DNA of 64,000 nucleotides from assembly GCA_964428335.1 (NCBI GenBank), contig CAYRXW010000005.1, positions 79,481-143,480 on the forward strand, read 5' to 3'. A program made the translations under genes and the position numbers. This stretch comes from an uncultured Methanosarcinales archaeon. Lineage in GTDB: Archaea; Nanobdellota; Nanobdellia; Woesearchaeales; GW2011-AR15. The notes beneath the pieces are model-generated. The model was not told where the DNA came from. It worked only from the letters and a program-made list of their open reading frames with translations, and made no database searches. Shown here piece by piece: positions 28,602 through 38,721 of the stretch; position 1 is the stretch's first letter, and the number at the start of each line of letters is the position of its first letter.

Positions 28602-30552
28602 ACTTCAATATAAAGCATTCCCTGAAGTCCTTTACTTTTGTGAATTTTGAAAGCATCTCTTTTAATTCATCGACATTCATCTTTGGATCTTTCTTTAAGG
28701 TATATGAAAGCTGCAGGAACTCTATTTTTGAGAACATTGAAAATTTTGAGAGCTGGGAGAATATGAACTTATCTGACAGCTTATACTTGTCTTTCTTTTC
28801 AATGTAGCCAAGCTTTTCTAAGCTTGTGATTTCTGAGTTTATTGCCAATGGAAGTCCTTTTTTTATTAAATCCTGTAGGACAAATTCCTTTAGCACAAAG
28901 GCAGCATGGAGTATGTTTATCTGCACCTGTGTCAGCTCATCCATCTTTGGAAGCTTCTTTACTGAATAAGATTCAATATCAGTTATTATGCTTCCTTCAA
29001 TTGATTCTACAAGAAGGTTAAATTCCCCGCTCTTGTCTTCGCATAAGAACATGAATCCTGGTAAGAGTGTTTCATCAATCCTTGAATCACCATGTATCAG
29101 CTTTAGGTCTTTTAGTGTTATCTTAGGCCTTATTATTGGGAGCATCTCCATATTTTCAAATTCATTCACTTCGCTCATAAATTCCTTATCTGGTATTATG
29201 TCCTGTGCGTGCCCTCCGTGCCTTGTCATCCTTGGCCTTATGTTTACAAACAATGGAATATCTGTAATGCCTGTAACAAGGGCTGTCCCAATCGAGAGAT
29301 TTTTTATCTCTTCCTCTGATTCTGCAGTTATGCCTTCAACGCTTGATGATATTGCCTTTAGGTCATTTGGATTTGTTACCTTCAATATTATCTGGGTTGT
29401 GCACTGGCTTAGTACTGATTTATCTACCCTTGCTGGCCTTTGGCTTATTACACATAGACCAAGGCCAAATTTCCTCCCTTCTGATGCTATTGTCCTAAGC
29501 ACTTTTGAGCATCTTGTCTCTCCAAAACTACGTTCAGGGCAATAATTATGCGCTTCCTCAAGTATTGTGAAAAAAGGTGGTATTTTTTCCTTTTTTCTTA
29601 ATTCAAATAGGTCTTTCATCAGCTTATATACTATTATCTCCTGCACATCCGGAGGTATGCCTTTTAGGTTAATCACTGTGCATTTTCCAGGATGAATGAA
29701 TTCATTATAGGGAACTGATGCATCTGAGAATATTTCCATGTTCTTCAGGTGCTCCAGATTGTTTATTATTGTCCATTTCGAATTATTTTCTTCTGCATCC
29801 AGGGCATATAGGACATCAGCAAAGCTGACTTTGTCCATGTTTTTTAATGCCGCATATAAAATCCCCATCTGAGTATTTGATAATTTTCCAGGTATTAATT
29901 GTGTTATCTCTGCAGCGCTAAGAGAGCTTTCTATCCTAAGCGGCCTTACTCCCTGTATTAATTTTGTATCTCCGTATTCCTGGAGATTTTTTATTCCCTT
30001 TGGGACCAAGGAATATTTCTTCAGCTGATCTGCCTCTTCTTCATTCGCATATTTCATTGAAGAGTATTCCCCATGCGGGTCTATAACTATTACAGGGACT
30101 TTCCTTTCAGTTATCTCCTCAATAAGAACACCTACAGCATATGATTTTCCTGCGCCTGATTTTGCAAGTACTGCTACGTGCTTTGTAAGCAATTTTTCCA
30201 AATCAAGCAGGATATCAATATCCTTCCCTTCTAGCTTTCCTATAAATGCGCTTTTTTTTGATTTCTCAAGCTTTATTATGTCCCTGATGAAGGAATCTTC
30301 AGCAATCAACACTTCTGTTCCCTGGTCAAATGGTATCCTTATCGGCTTTATCCTTTCTTTTTCATCCTTATAGCCTATTACTATGCATTTTGCAATATCT
30401 TTATCTGTCCTTTCTATCTCCAGAATCTGGCATAATACATAGCCATACACCTTATGCATGACCTGGACAAATTCAAATTTTCTTGCTTCCTTATCAAGAA
30501 GAAACTGGAAATTATTAGAGGTGATTTTCCCAAATATCTTTCCAAGTATCAT
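28585..30552 (-). CDS. herA: HerA-like ATPase with N-terminal HAS barrel and C-terminal extension
   Basis: HVAVLAKSGAGKS, IDPHGEY, LEEAHNY, EGRKFG, SQRPA. Confidence 0.85.
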   Translation of the reverse strand: MILGKIFGKITSNNFQFLLDKEARKFEFVQVMHKVYGYVLCQILEIERTDKDIAKCIVIGYKDEKERIKPIRIPFDQGTEVLIAEDSFIRDIIKLEKSKKSAFIGKLEGKDIDILLDLEKLLTKHVAVLAKSGAGKSYAVGVLIEEITERKVPVIVIDPHGEYSSMKYANEEEADQLKKYSLVPKGIKNLQEYGDTKLIQGVRPLRIESSLSAAEITQLIPGKLSNTQMGILYAALKNMDKVSFADVLYALDAEENNSKWTIINNLEHLKNMEIFSDASVPYNEFIHPGKCTVINLKGIPPDVQEIIVYKLMKDLFELRKKEKIPPFFTILEEAHNYCPERSFGETRCSKVLRTIASEGRKFGLGLCVISQRPARVDKSVLSQCTTQIILKVTNPNDLKAISSSVEGITAESEEEIKNLSIGTALVTGITDIPLFVNIRPRMTRHGGHAQDIIPDKEFMSEVNEFENMEMLPIIRPKITLKDLKLIHGDSRIDETLLPGFMFLCEDKSGEFNLLVESIEGSIITDIESYSVKKLPKMDELTQVQINILHAAFVLKEFVLQDLIKKGLPLAINSEITSLEKLGYIEKKDKYKLSDKFIFSQLSKFSMFSKIEFLQLSYTLKKDPKMNVDELKEMLSKFTKVKDFRECFILKYEIQG

Positions 30553-30575
30553 AAGGCAGTAAAAAAGAACTTCGT

Positions 30576-31790
30576 TTAAAATTGTTTTGCTATCAGTTTA
30601 TCATATATAGATATTACGTCAGAAATTGTTTTTTTTTCTAAGAATTTCTTCTCCAGTATCTTTACCATCTTTTCCTTATCTATATTTAGCTTTCCCTCTG
30701 TGACGTTTTTAAGCGTGTTTGTTAATCCTTCAATGTCTCCTGGCTCAAACAAGAATCCTGTAACCCTGTCTTCTATTATATCTGTGATCCCTCCTATTTC
30801 TGACGCAATCACTGTCTTTTTCAGCAAGCATGATTCCATTGCAACTCTTCCGAATGCCTCACCGACAAATGAAGGGAAAAGCACTATATCATGCTCCATG
30901 ATTATTTTTTTTATCTCACTATGGGAAACTCTTGCATTTATCTTTACTTTTTTCCCTGCATTTTCCCTAAGAAACCCTTCTAGATTGCCCTCACCATAAA
31001 AGCTTGCCTCAAGATTAAGGGAAGTTATGGCTCTAAGTGCCAAATCTGCTCCTTTTGCTTTTGTGTAATCTCCCAGATACAATACTTTATTTTTCCTGGC
31101 CTTGATTCTGCTATCCTCTTTGGTTTTTTCCTCGAGATTATAGATTATCCTTATCTTGTTTTTTGGAATCCCATTTTCAAGCAGCTTTTTTTCCATGTAT
31201 GTGCTTATCGGCATGTAATAGTCAAACTTTTTCATGCATGATCTGTATGAATTATACCTAAATCTTAAAGGCACTAAAAAAAACGGCATCATGAACCCGC
31301 TCTGCTTTGTCTTTCCTATTATCTGTGAATTTAATGCACAGTCACAATAAGTCAATAAAGTGCATCTTTTATCGCAGGATACCTTGTCCTTATAGACCAA
31401 TGTGCCTTTAGGGCAGAAAGGAACAGGGCCATTGACATGCATAACAAACGGTTTAGCAATGCATTTTACTGCTGATATGCTTGATGTGTTCATGCAGTGG
31501 ATTATGTCAAAGTTTTCTTTTTTTTCCAGTTCAATTACTTTTTTCCTGAGGTTTTTTGAAAAAGAAATGCGTTTTATGTTCCCTGATACAGTTTTAGGGC
31601 TTCCTGTTTTTAGCAGCCTATGGATCTTTATCCCATCCATAAGCTCAAAGTAAGGTGTATTTCCTGTGGATGTAAGGACATGCATATCAATATTTTTTTT
31701 AACCAGTGATTTTGCAAGCAGGTGTGCGCTAATCTCCCCTCCTCCTATCCCTTCAGGAGGAAAATATTCTGATATCATGAGTACTTTCAT
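30576..31790 (-). CDS. Glycosyltransferase family 4
   Basis: ISEYFPP..GGGE, KGAD, EAFGRVAME, GFLFEPGD. Confidence 0.92.
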   Translation of the reverse strand: MKVLMISEYFPPEGIGGGEISAHLLAKSLVKKNIDMHVLTSTGNTPYFELMDGIKIHRLLKTGSPKTVSGNIKRISFSKNLRKKVIELEKKENFDIIHCMNTSSISAVKCIAKPFVMHVNGPVPFCPKGTLVYKDKVSCDKRCTLLTYCDCALNSQIIGKTKQSGFMMPFFLVPLRFRYNSYRSCMKKFDYYMPISTYMEKKLLENGIPKNKIRIIYNLEEKTKEDSRIKARKNKVLYLGDYTKAKGADLALRAITSLNLEASFYGEGNLEGFLRENAGKKVKINARVSHSEIKKIIMEHDIVLFPSFVGEAFGRVAMESCLLKKTVIASEIGGITDIIEDRVTGFLFEPGDIEGLTNTLKNVTEGKLNIDKEKMVKILEKKFLEKKTISDVISIYDKLIAKQF

Positions 31791-31830
31791 ATCAATAAAG
31801 AGATGTCTGCTTATTTATTAAAATAGTGCA
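31759..31830. repeat. Direct repeat of 33236-33308 (DUF5989 3' end, spacer, GT4 5' end)
   Basis: 33-bp identity 31759-31791 = 33236-33268; 18/19 identity 31812-31830 vs 33290-33308. Confidence 0.9.
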
Positions 31831-31845
31831 ATCTGAATCATGCAA

Positions 31846-31925
31846 CTAGAATAAAGCATATACAAATGGGCTTACTGCTGAACTTTGCTCAAATATTATC
31901 AATATCTAACCAGGATGAACATTAT
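31846..31925 (-). pseudogene. Frameshifted relic of a DUF5989/SxtK-like gene
   Basis: IMFILV / ILIIFEQSSAVSPFVYALF* versus intact ILIIFAQSSAVSPFVYALF at 33296. Confidence 0.8.
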
Positions 31926-32021
31926 GAATAGTAATTTCATTTAAGGAATTACTAATTGTCATAGAAATTATAATTAATGTTAAACATGCGTACCTATAAT
32001 ATTAAGAATTTAGGCATGCTG

Positions 32022-33206
32022 CTATCGCTCTTTTTGTTTTCTAAGTGTTGATGAAATCTGCTTTGCAAGCGCAATATTTAATGGGGTCTTCGGATGCCCA
32101 TCCTTAAAATAAAACGTAGAATTATAAGGAAGATCATAAGTCATGACCTCTATTTTAGCCTTTTTTAACAGATCTATAAGATATCTATTGTTCCATTGGT
32201 TTATATCCTCGCTCGGATGGATAAGAACATAAAATGTACCATCAAACTGGCTTTCATAGATATCCCTGGATTTTTCTATTAGCTTATATGTCAAGTATAC
32301 GTGAGATTTTGATATTGGTGGCAAGCTGAGATAGTAATACTTCAATAAGTATGATTTCCCAAGCATCCGGTAAATAAAAGAAATAAATCTCCTTCCTGTC
32401 TCAAATGATTCTTCTCTTTTTACCGCACTTCCTGATAAATAATAATAAGGCATATCGTTTCCCCACTCATTAAATGTCCTCATGTCGCCAATGACTCTTT
32501 TTATATGGTCACTTATATAGACATAAATGGCAGCGACCGGTTGCATCTTGATCTCATTGCTGAATCCTTCTCTTTCAAGATTTGCGAGCATTCCCTGCGT
32601 GCCATAACCCTGGAATGCATAATTATATACATTAAGTTCTGCATCTCCAGATAAAAAATAGGCAAGAGTCTCATTGTCTTCAAGACCGTCTCCGAAAGCA
32701 TAAGAATCCCCAAATAAGATAATAGAAGGTTTACTGCCAAGATCGGGGCTAATCCTACGCCCAAAAGCATCTGTTGAAATAGTGCTGTTGTACTCATTTG
32801 TCCTGTAAATTGTGGAAGAGTTTGGCCTTGCAAAGTATCCGAGTTCCCAGCTATGAACATAGAAATCTGTCCTTGGAAACTCAGTTTCCGGCATAAACCT
32901 GGCAGAGACCCTTGCATTATTATCCCCTAGCAGGATCAAGCAATAAAAAATAGACTCAATTATTGTTATGGTCAAAACAAACGAACAAAGCATCAGGAAT
33001 ATACCTGTCATTGTTCTATTAAAAAAATTTAATTTTGAAAATAAAAAAGCAACTAAGCCTAGAATTATCATGGCAATAGCTAGATAGATGAGAGACCCTG
33101 CAGTTACAGGCATTATGTTATTAAATACCAGAACTGATAAAGATAAAAATATACCTACAGATATAATGGCGACTGCCAATACGTTAATTATCTTTCTAGT
33201 ATTCAT
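32022..33206 (-). CDS. SGNH/GDSL hydrolase with N-terminal TM helices (SxtL-like position)
   Basis: FGDSYAFG, NYAFQGYG, DGHP. Confidence 0.85.
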   Translation of the reverse strand: MNTRKIINVLAVAIISVGIFLSLSVLVFNNIMPVTAGSLIYLAIAMIILGLVAFLFSKLNFFNRTMTGIFLMLCSFVLTITIIESIFYCLILLGDNNARVSARFMPETEFPRTDFYVHSWELGYFARPNSSTIYRTNEYNSTISTDAFGRRISPDLGSKPSIILFGDSYAFGDGLEDNETLAYFLSGDAELNVYNYAFQGYGTQGMLANLEREGFSNEIKMQPVAAIYVYISDHIKRVIGDMRTFNEWGNDMPYYYLSGSAVKREESFETGRRFISFIYRMLGKSYLLKYYYLSLPPISKSHVYLTYKLIEKSRDIYESQFDGTFYVLIHPSEDINQWNNRYLIDLLKKAKIEVMTYDLPYNSTFYFKDGHPKTPLNIALAKQISSTLRKQKER

Positions 33207-33267
33207 GTCCGCATCCTCCCTCTTTTGAGAAAGGTGGAAAATATTCTGATATCATGAGTACTTTCAT
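33196..33267 (-). pseudogene. 5' stub of a GT4 gene
   Basis: MKVLMISEYFPPFSKEGGCGHEY*; first 12 aa identical to the GT4 at 31790. Confidence 0.8.
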
Positions 33268-33295
33268 AAACATAAGGAAAATCAGGTGCTATTTA

Positions 33296-33463
33296 TTAAA
33301 ATAATGCATATACAAAAGGAGATACTGCAGAACTTTGGGCAAATATTATCAAAATACCCACTAAAAGAAGCATGATTATTATAGGGGCCATCCACCATAT
33401 CTTATTCTCCCACATGTAAGCGAGAAACTCGTGAAACAGGGATTTGTTTTTTGATTTTGGCAT
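33296..33463 (-). CDS. DUF5989/SxtK-like small membrane protein
   Basis: EFLAYMWENKIWWMAPII...SPFVYALF signature. Confidence 0.85.
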   Translation of the reverse strand: MPKSKNKSLFHEFLAYMWENKIWWMAPIIIMLLLVGILIIFAQSSAVSPFVYALF

Positions 33464-33509
33464 TTTTTCATTTAAAATGTAAAAGTGTTTAATAAATTTA
33501 ATTATTTTT

Positions 33510-35264
33510 TTAATCCTCTGCACTTGCTTCGCTGTCCCACATATCATCTGGATTATCTTCTCTTTTTACCAGATACGGGCCGATGACAAGATAATCAATG
33601 CCTGTGCCCATCATGCATTTGTATGCATCCTGCGGCGTGCAGACTATAGGCTCTCCCCTGATATTAAAAGAAGTATTTATCAAAATAGGTATGCCTGTCT
33701 TTTCTCCGAATTTTTTTATCAGGTCATAGTACAATGGATTCTGCTCCCTTCTTACTGTCTGCAGCCTTCCAGAGCCATCTACATGTGTCACAGCAGGTAT
33801 CTTCTCATGCCATTCTTTTTTTATAGGATATACCATGAGCATATAGTCTGTTGCTTCAGGAACTGGTGTATCGCATTCAAAATAGGTTAATGCATCATCC
33901 TCGCATACAACCGGCGCAAACGGCCTGAATTTTTCCCTGTGCTTCACTTTCAGGTTTAAGATATCCTGCATCTCCTTGTTTGAGGCATTTGATAGTATGC
34001 TCCTGTTTCCTAGTGCTCTTGGGCCCCATTCCATCCTTCCCTGGAACCATCCTATGACATTATCCTTGGCCAGAAGCAAAGCTACCTTATTTACAAGCTC
34101 CTCATCTGTAGAAAATGTGCTGTAAACTATTTTATTCTTATCCAAGAATTCCATTACCTCTTCATTTGCATACCCTGGGCCAAGGTATGCGTCTTTCATT
34201 ATATAATTTCTTTTGTTCCCTAAAATAGTGTTATATATGTAAGAGCATGCCCCGATGCTTGTACCACCGTCAGATGCATTTGGCTGGATCCATATCCTTT
34301 TAAAGCCTGTATTCCTGAGTATCTTTCCATTATAGACACTATTTAATGCAACCCCTCCAGCCAGAACAATGTTTTCCTGGCCTGTCTCTTTTTTTACATG
34401 CAAAAGTATCTTCGTCATTATCTCTTCTGTAATCAGCTGGAGAGCTGCTGCAATGTCCTTATGCCTCTTTTCTACTTTTGATTCTTTTTTCCTCTGTTCC
34501 CCTAAAAGCACAGAAAGCTTTCCTGAAGGCATCCTGTCTGCATAGTGGAACTTGAAATAAGACATGTCCAGCTTGAAGCTTCCGTCGTCTTTTACATCTA
34601 TTATCTTTTTCAGGAGATGGTAATACCTATTCGTATTCTTGTCCATGTTACCATAAGGAGATAGACCCATGACCTTGTATTCAGAATTATTCACGCTAAA
34701 GCCTAGGAATGCTGTTATTGTGCTGTAAAGTAGGCCCAATGAATGCGGGAATTTTATCTCCTTAAGTAAAGTGATGTCATTATTTTCTCCATGCCCATAT
34801 GCCAAAGTTGTCCATTCACCTACTCCATCAACTGTGAGTATGGCTGATTTTTCAAAAGGGCTCACTAAAAAAGATGAAGCTGCATGAGCCATATGATGAG
34901 GTATGAAAAGTATATCCTTGTCATAGCCTATTTTTCTTAGCATAGAAACAACACGCAACTTCTCATTTAGCCATGAAGGGGTTGAACTTAAGAAAACCTT
35001 CAGGCTTAACGGAAAAGAATGAAGGTGCTGTGACATAAGCCTTTCAAATTTCAATATAGGCTTTTCATAAAACCCTATGTAATCTATTTCAGTTATCTTG
35101 AGGTTATTTGAATTCAGGCAAAAATCTATTGCGTTTTTTGGAAATGAATTATCATGCTTTTTCCTTGTGAATCTCTCTTCTTCAGCTGCGCTTACTATTT
35201 TGCCATCTATCAAAAGCGCGGCACTTGAATCATGATAATAGCAACTTATTCCAAGTATTTTCAT
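33510..35264 (-). CDS. NodU/CmcH family O-carbamoyltransferase
   Basis: ILGISCYYHDSSAA, EEERFTRKKH, HHMAHAAS, EYKVMGL, GPRALGNRS, KHREKFRPFAP, NTSFN. Confidence 0.96.
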   Translation of the reverse strand: MKILGISCYYHDSSAALLIDGKIVSAAEEERFTRKKHDNSFPKNAIDFCLNSNNLKITEIDYIGFYEKPILKFERLMSQHLHSFPLSLKVFLSSTPSWLNEKLRVVSMLRKIGYDKDILFIPHHMAHAASSFLVSPFEKSAILTVDGVGEWTTLAYGHGENNDITLLKEIKFPHSLGLLYSTITAFLGFSVNNSEYKVMGLSPYGNMDKNTNRYYHLLKKIIDVKDDGSFKLDMSYFKFHYADRMPSGKLSVLLGEQRKKESKVEKRHKDIAAALQLITEEIMTKILLHVKKETGQENIVLAGGVALNSVYNGKILRNTGFKRIWIQPNASDGGTSIGACSYIYNTILGNKRNYIMKDAYLGPGYANEEVMEFLDKNKIVYSTFSTDEELVNKVALLLAKDNVIGWFQGRMEWGPRALGNRSILSNASNKEMQDILNLKVKHREKFRPFAPVVCEDDALTYFECDTPVPEATDYMLMVYPIKKEWHEKIPAVTHVDGSGRLQTVRREQNPLYYDLIKKFGEKTGIPILINTSFNIRGEPIVCTPQDAYKCMMGTGIDYLVIGPYLVKREDNPDDMWDSEASAED

Positions 35265-35289
35265 TTTTGTTATTCTGTCTCTTTCATTT

Positions 35290-35514
35290 TTAATACTGCT
35301 TCAAGTACTCATCATATTCTTTTTTCCATAGGTTCAAGTCTTCAAAATAACTTTCATCATACTTCTTCATACTAATGAATTTTTTACCTGATAACTTCAT
35401 TATTAGAGAGGTCAGACCTACTGCTATTATGTAAACAAGAAATAAAAGAATTGAATTTACTAGGATTGAGATGTTCTCTCCCTGCTCCTTAAATCCTCTG
35501 AAGAACTGGTTCAT
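35290..35514 (-). CDS. SxtJ-like membrane protein (C-terminal part; start 35514)
   Basis: GENISILVNSILLFLVY...YLKQY; ATGA overlap with the upstream small ORF. Confidence 0.7.
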   Translation of the reverse strand: MNQFFRGFKEQGENISILVNSILLFLVYIIAVGLTSLIMKLSGKKFISMKKYDESYFEDLNLWKKEYDEYLKQY

Positions 35515-35681
35515 CCAAGCCACCTTCTTAGAAGCATACCGCTTGATGACACAAGAAAGGTTATCAGGATTACAATATAAACTGGCTTTTCCCTGCCTGT
35601 AATCATCAATATAAAAAATAATACTGAAGTAAATACCATGTAAGAGGTAAGATATCCTAAGCAAAAAAGGACCTTATCAAT
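35511..35681 (-). CDS. Small two-TM membrane protein (start uncertain)
   Basis: VLFCLGYLTSYMVFTSVLFFILM...MLLRRWLG fills the gap between the UXS and SxtJ-like genes. Confidence 0.45.
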   Translation of the reverse strand: MDKVLFCLGYLTSYMVFTSVLFFILMITGREKPVYIVILITFLVSSSGMLLRRWLG

Positions 35682-36612
35682 TAAGGCTTTTCTTGAAATA
35701 TGCAATTGTTTTTTTGAGCCCATCTTCAAATTTCACTCTTGGTTCCCAGTTCAAAAATTCGCGCGCTTTTGAGATATCTGGTCTTCTTTTTGTAGGGTCG
35801 TCTTTTGGGAGAGGCATGAATGCTATTTTTGATTTTGACCTTGTCTGCCTTATTATCAGCTTAGCTGTATCTAGAACCGTGCGCTCTATCGGGTTTCCAA
35901 GGTTTTTTGGACCTATCTCTTTTGAATTCATCATCCTTATTAGGCCATCTACCATGTCATCAACATAGCAGAAAGATCTTGTCTGGCTTCCATCACCATA
36001 TATGGTTATAGGTTTATTTTGCAATGCCTGTGTTATGAAATTAGGTATTACACGTCCGTCATCTAGCCTCATCCTTGGCCCATATGTGTTAAATATCCTT
36101 ACAATCTTAATATTGGCATTATATTCTCTATGGTATGCCATTAAAAGAGCTTCTCCAAACCTTTTTGATTCATCGTAGCAGCTTCTTATTCCAACCGGAT
36201 TTACATTTCCCCAGTAGCTTTCTTTCTGCGGATGTTCCTTTGGCTCCCCATATGCTTCACTTGTAGAAGTAAAAAGCATCCTTGCATTCTTTGCCAACGC
36301 CAGTCTAATCATCTGGTCAGTACCAACTGAATTTGAAAGAGCTGTTTCAACTGGGTATTCCTGGTAATCTATCGGACTTGCCCTGGATGCCAGATGATAT
36401 ATCTGGTCCAGTTTTCCTTCGATAAGCTGCAGTGGCTCTATTATGTTATGCTTGATGAACCTAAATCTCCTGCTTTTCATCATAAAAGAGATGTTTTCCA
36501 GCTTTCCTGAGCCTAGATTATCTACGCAGGTTACATGGTTTCCTTCTTTTAGTAGCCTTTCACATAGATGGCTACCTATGAACCCTGCTCCACCGGTGAC
36601 TAATATCCTCAT
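35677..36612 (-). CDS. UDP-glucuronate decarboxylase (UDP-xylose synthase)
   Basis: TGGAGFIG, HLASRASP, TSTSEAYG, CYDESKR, RIFNTYGPRM, DDPTKRRPDI. Confidence 0.92.
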   Translation of the reverse strand: MRILVTGGAGFIGSHLCERLLKEGNHVTCVDNLGSGKLENISFMMKSRRFRFIKHNIIEPLQLIEGKLDQIYHLASRASPIDYQEYPVETALSNSVGTDQMIRLALAKNARMLFTSTSEAYGEPKEHPQKESYWGNVNPVGIRSCYDESKRFGEALLMAYHREYNANIKIVRIFNTYGPRMRLDDGRVIPNFITQALQNKPITIYGDGSQTRSFCYVDDMVDGLIRMMNSKEIGPKNLGNPIERTVLDTAKLIIRQTRSKSKIAFMPLPKDDPTKRRPDISKAREFLNWEPRVKFEDGLKKTIAYFKKSLN

Positions 36613-36699
36613 AAATAAGCTTGAAAAGAAATTCTTTTATAAATATAGCTGAAGTATAGTTTCATCACCTTTAAATATATATAAAAATCCTTTTTTTGG

Positions 36700-37176
36700 A
36701 TGGCTAAATTGATTTCTATTAAAGAACTGCCAGGCCTAGTTGAAAAACTAAGAGAAAATAAGAAGAAAATCTCTACAACAAATGGCGCTTTTGACCTATT
36801 CCATTCAGGACATTTAAGAAGCCTTGTGTTTGCCAAATCTTTTGCGGATATACTGATTGTCGGGCTGAACAGCGATAAATCTATTAAGGAATATAAAAGC
36901 AAGGACAGGCCGATAATACCGCAGAACCAGAGGGCAGAAATACTCTGCGCAATATCTTATGTTGACTATGTTGTGATTTTTGAGGATAAAACGCCATTGA
37001 AGTTCCTTGAAATTGTAAAACCGGATTTTCATATAAAAGGGATGGAATATAAAGGAAATATGATTGAAGAAGAACTTATTAAAAAAAATAAGGGCATAAT
37101 TAAATTCATAAAAAGGGATGGTGTATCAACAACAAATATCATTAATAAGATACTAGGTGAAAAGAATGAAAAATAA
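36700..37176 (+). CDS. hldC: Heptose-1-phosphate adenylyltransferase (HldC/RfaE domain II)
   Basis: [28 protein letters not shown]; heptose gene context. Confidence 0.85.
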   Translation: MAKLISIKELPGLVEKLRENKKKISTTNGAFDLFHSGHLRSLVFAKSFADILIVGLNSDKSIKEYKSKDRPIIPQNQRAEILCAISYVDYVVIFEDKTPLKFLEIVKPDFHIKGMEYKGNMIEEELIKKNKGIIKFIKRDGVSTTNIINKILGEKNEK

Positions 37177-38689
37177 GATTGATGATTTCTCAAAGAAAAC
37201 TGTTTTGGTCATTGGGGATTTGATGATTGATAGGTATGTCTATGGTGTTTCCACAAGAATAAGCCCAGAGGCACCTGTACCTATTGTAAAAATTACAAAT
37301 GAAGAGAATATACTTGGTGGAGCTGCAAATGCTGCAAATAATGTTGCATCACTTGGTGGAAAAGCAATGCTTTATGGAGTACTAGGAGATGATTCAGATT
37401 CAGTTGTTTTTGAAAAACTATGCAGGGAAAAGAATATAACCGGATTTTTCCTAAAAGATAGTGCCAGACCAACCACTGTAAAAAAAAGAGTTATTTCAGG
37501 AAATAATTACCAGCTTTTAAGGATGGATTTTGAAAAGACAAATACTATACCTGATGATTTTCAGAAGAAAATATTAAATGAATTCAAGAAGAATTTAAGG
37601 AATATTGACTGCGTTATTTTAAGTGATTATGACAAAGGTGTTTTAACACCCTGGCTTTCAAACCATATCATAATGCTTGCAAAGAGTAAAAACATACCTG
37701 TGATTGTGGATTGTAAGCCAAATAAGGTGAATTCTTTCAAGAACTGCTTTTTGATAACCCCTAATTTGAAGGAAGCAATTGAGATGACTGGTATAAGCCA
37801 GGATATTGTTGAGATGGGAAAGAAGCTTGTCAAGATGCTGAATTCCAATGTCTTCATAACAAGAGGCTCAGAAGGCATTTCTGTGTTTGACAGGAAAGGG
37901 AACCATAGCCACATCCCACCAGTAAAAATTACAAAGCTTTTTGATGTCACTGGAGCTGGGGATACTGTCATTGCAGCAAGCTCATTATGCATCGTATCAG
38001 GTATGGATCTGATTGAGAGCGCAAAGACTGCTAATTATGCTGCCGGACTTGTTGTGCAAAAACCTGGCACTTCTACTATCACAATAAAAGAGCTAAAAGG
38101 CGCACTGGCTGAAGAAATAAGCCATTACCTGAAGGAAAGCATTGAAGTCAAACAGAAAGTGATTGAAGGACAGATAGATAAGATTGAGAAGGCTGCGCAT
38201 GCATTTATCCATGCATACAAGAAAGGGAATAAGGTCATTGCATTTGGAAACGGGGGAAGCGCTTCAGACGCCCAGCATCTGGTCGGAGAATTGGTAGGAA
38301 GATTCAAATTAGAAAGAAAGGGACTGCCTGCAATTGCACTCACAACAGATTCAAGTGTTGTTACGGCTATAGCAAATGACTATGGTTATGATGAGGTTTT
38401 CAGAAGGCAGGTTGAAGCAAATGCCAATAAAGGCGATGTTATTGTTGCGATTTCTACAAGCGGGAATTCGCAAAATGTAATTAATGCAATAACTGAAGCC
38501 AAGAAAATAGGTTGCACTGTAATTGGGCTTATTGGAAAAAACGGAGGAAAAATGGCAGCTTTATGCGATATTCCAATAGTAATTCCTAGCGATAACACTC
38601 CAAGGATACAGGAAGCGCATATCTCAATAATCCACATACTCTGCGAGCTTCTAGATAAGGACCTTGGGAAAAACCAGGATAAAAAATAA
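37157..38689 (+). CDS. Fusion of heptose-7-phosphate kinase (HldA) and sedoheptulose-7-phosphate isomerase (GmhA)
   Basis: [22 protein letters not shown], then [29 protein letters not shown]. Confidence 0.93.
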   Translation: MKRMKNKIDDFSKKTVLVIGDLMIDRYVYGVSTRISPEAPVPIVKITNEENILGGAANAANNVASLGGKAMLYGVLGDDSDSVVFEKLCREKNITGFFLKDSARPTTVKKRVISGNNYQLLRMDFEKTNTIPDDFQKKILNEFKKNLRNIDCVILSDYDKGVLTPWLSNHIIMLAKSKNIPVIVDCKPNKVNSFKNCFLITPNLKEAIEMTGISQDIVEMGKKLVKMLNSNVFITRGSEGISVFDRKGNHSHIPPVKITKLFDVTGAGDTVIAASSLCIVSGMDLIESAKTANYAAGLVVQKPGTSTITIKELKGALAEEISHYLKESIEVKQKVIEGQIDKIEKAAHAFIHAYKKGNKVIAFGNGGSASDAQHLVGELVGRFKLERKGLPAIALTTDSSVVTAIANDYGYDEVFRRQVEANANKGDVIVAISTSGNSQNVINAITEAKKIGCTVIGLIGKNGGKMAALCDIPIVIPSDNTPRIQEAHISIIHILCELLDKDLGKNQDKK

Positions 38690-38721
38690 ATTTATTTTTT
38701 ATAAATAAATCTGAATAAGTA

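Noticed and set aside
32022..35681. Saxitoxin biosynthesis
   Set aside because: Only the generic I/J/K/L-like module is present; no sxtA/sxtG core genes
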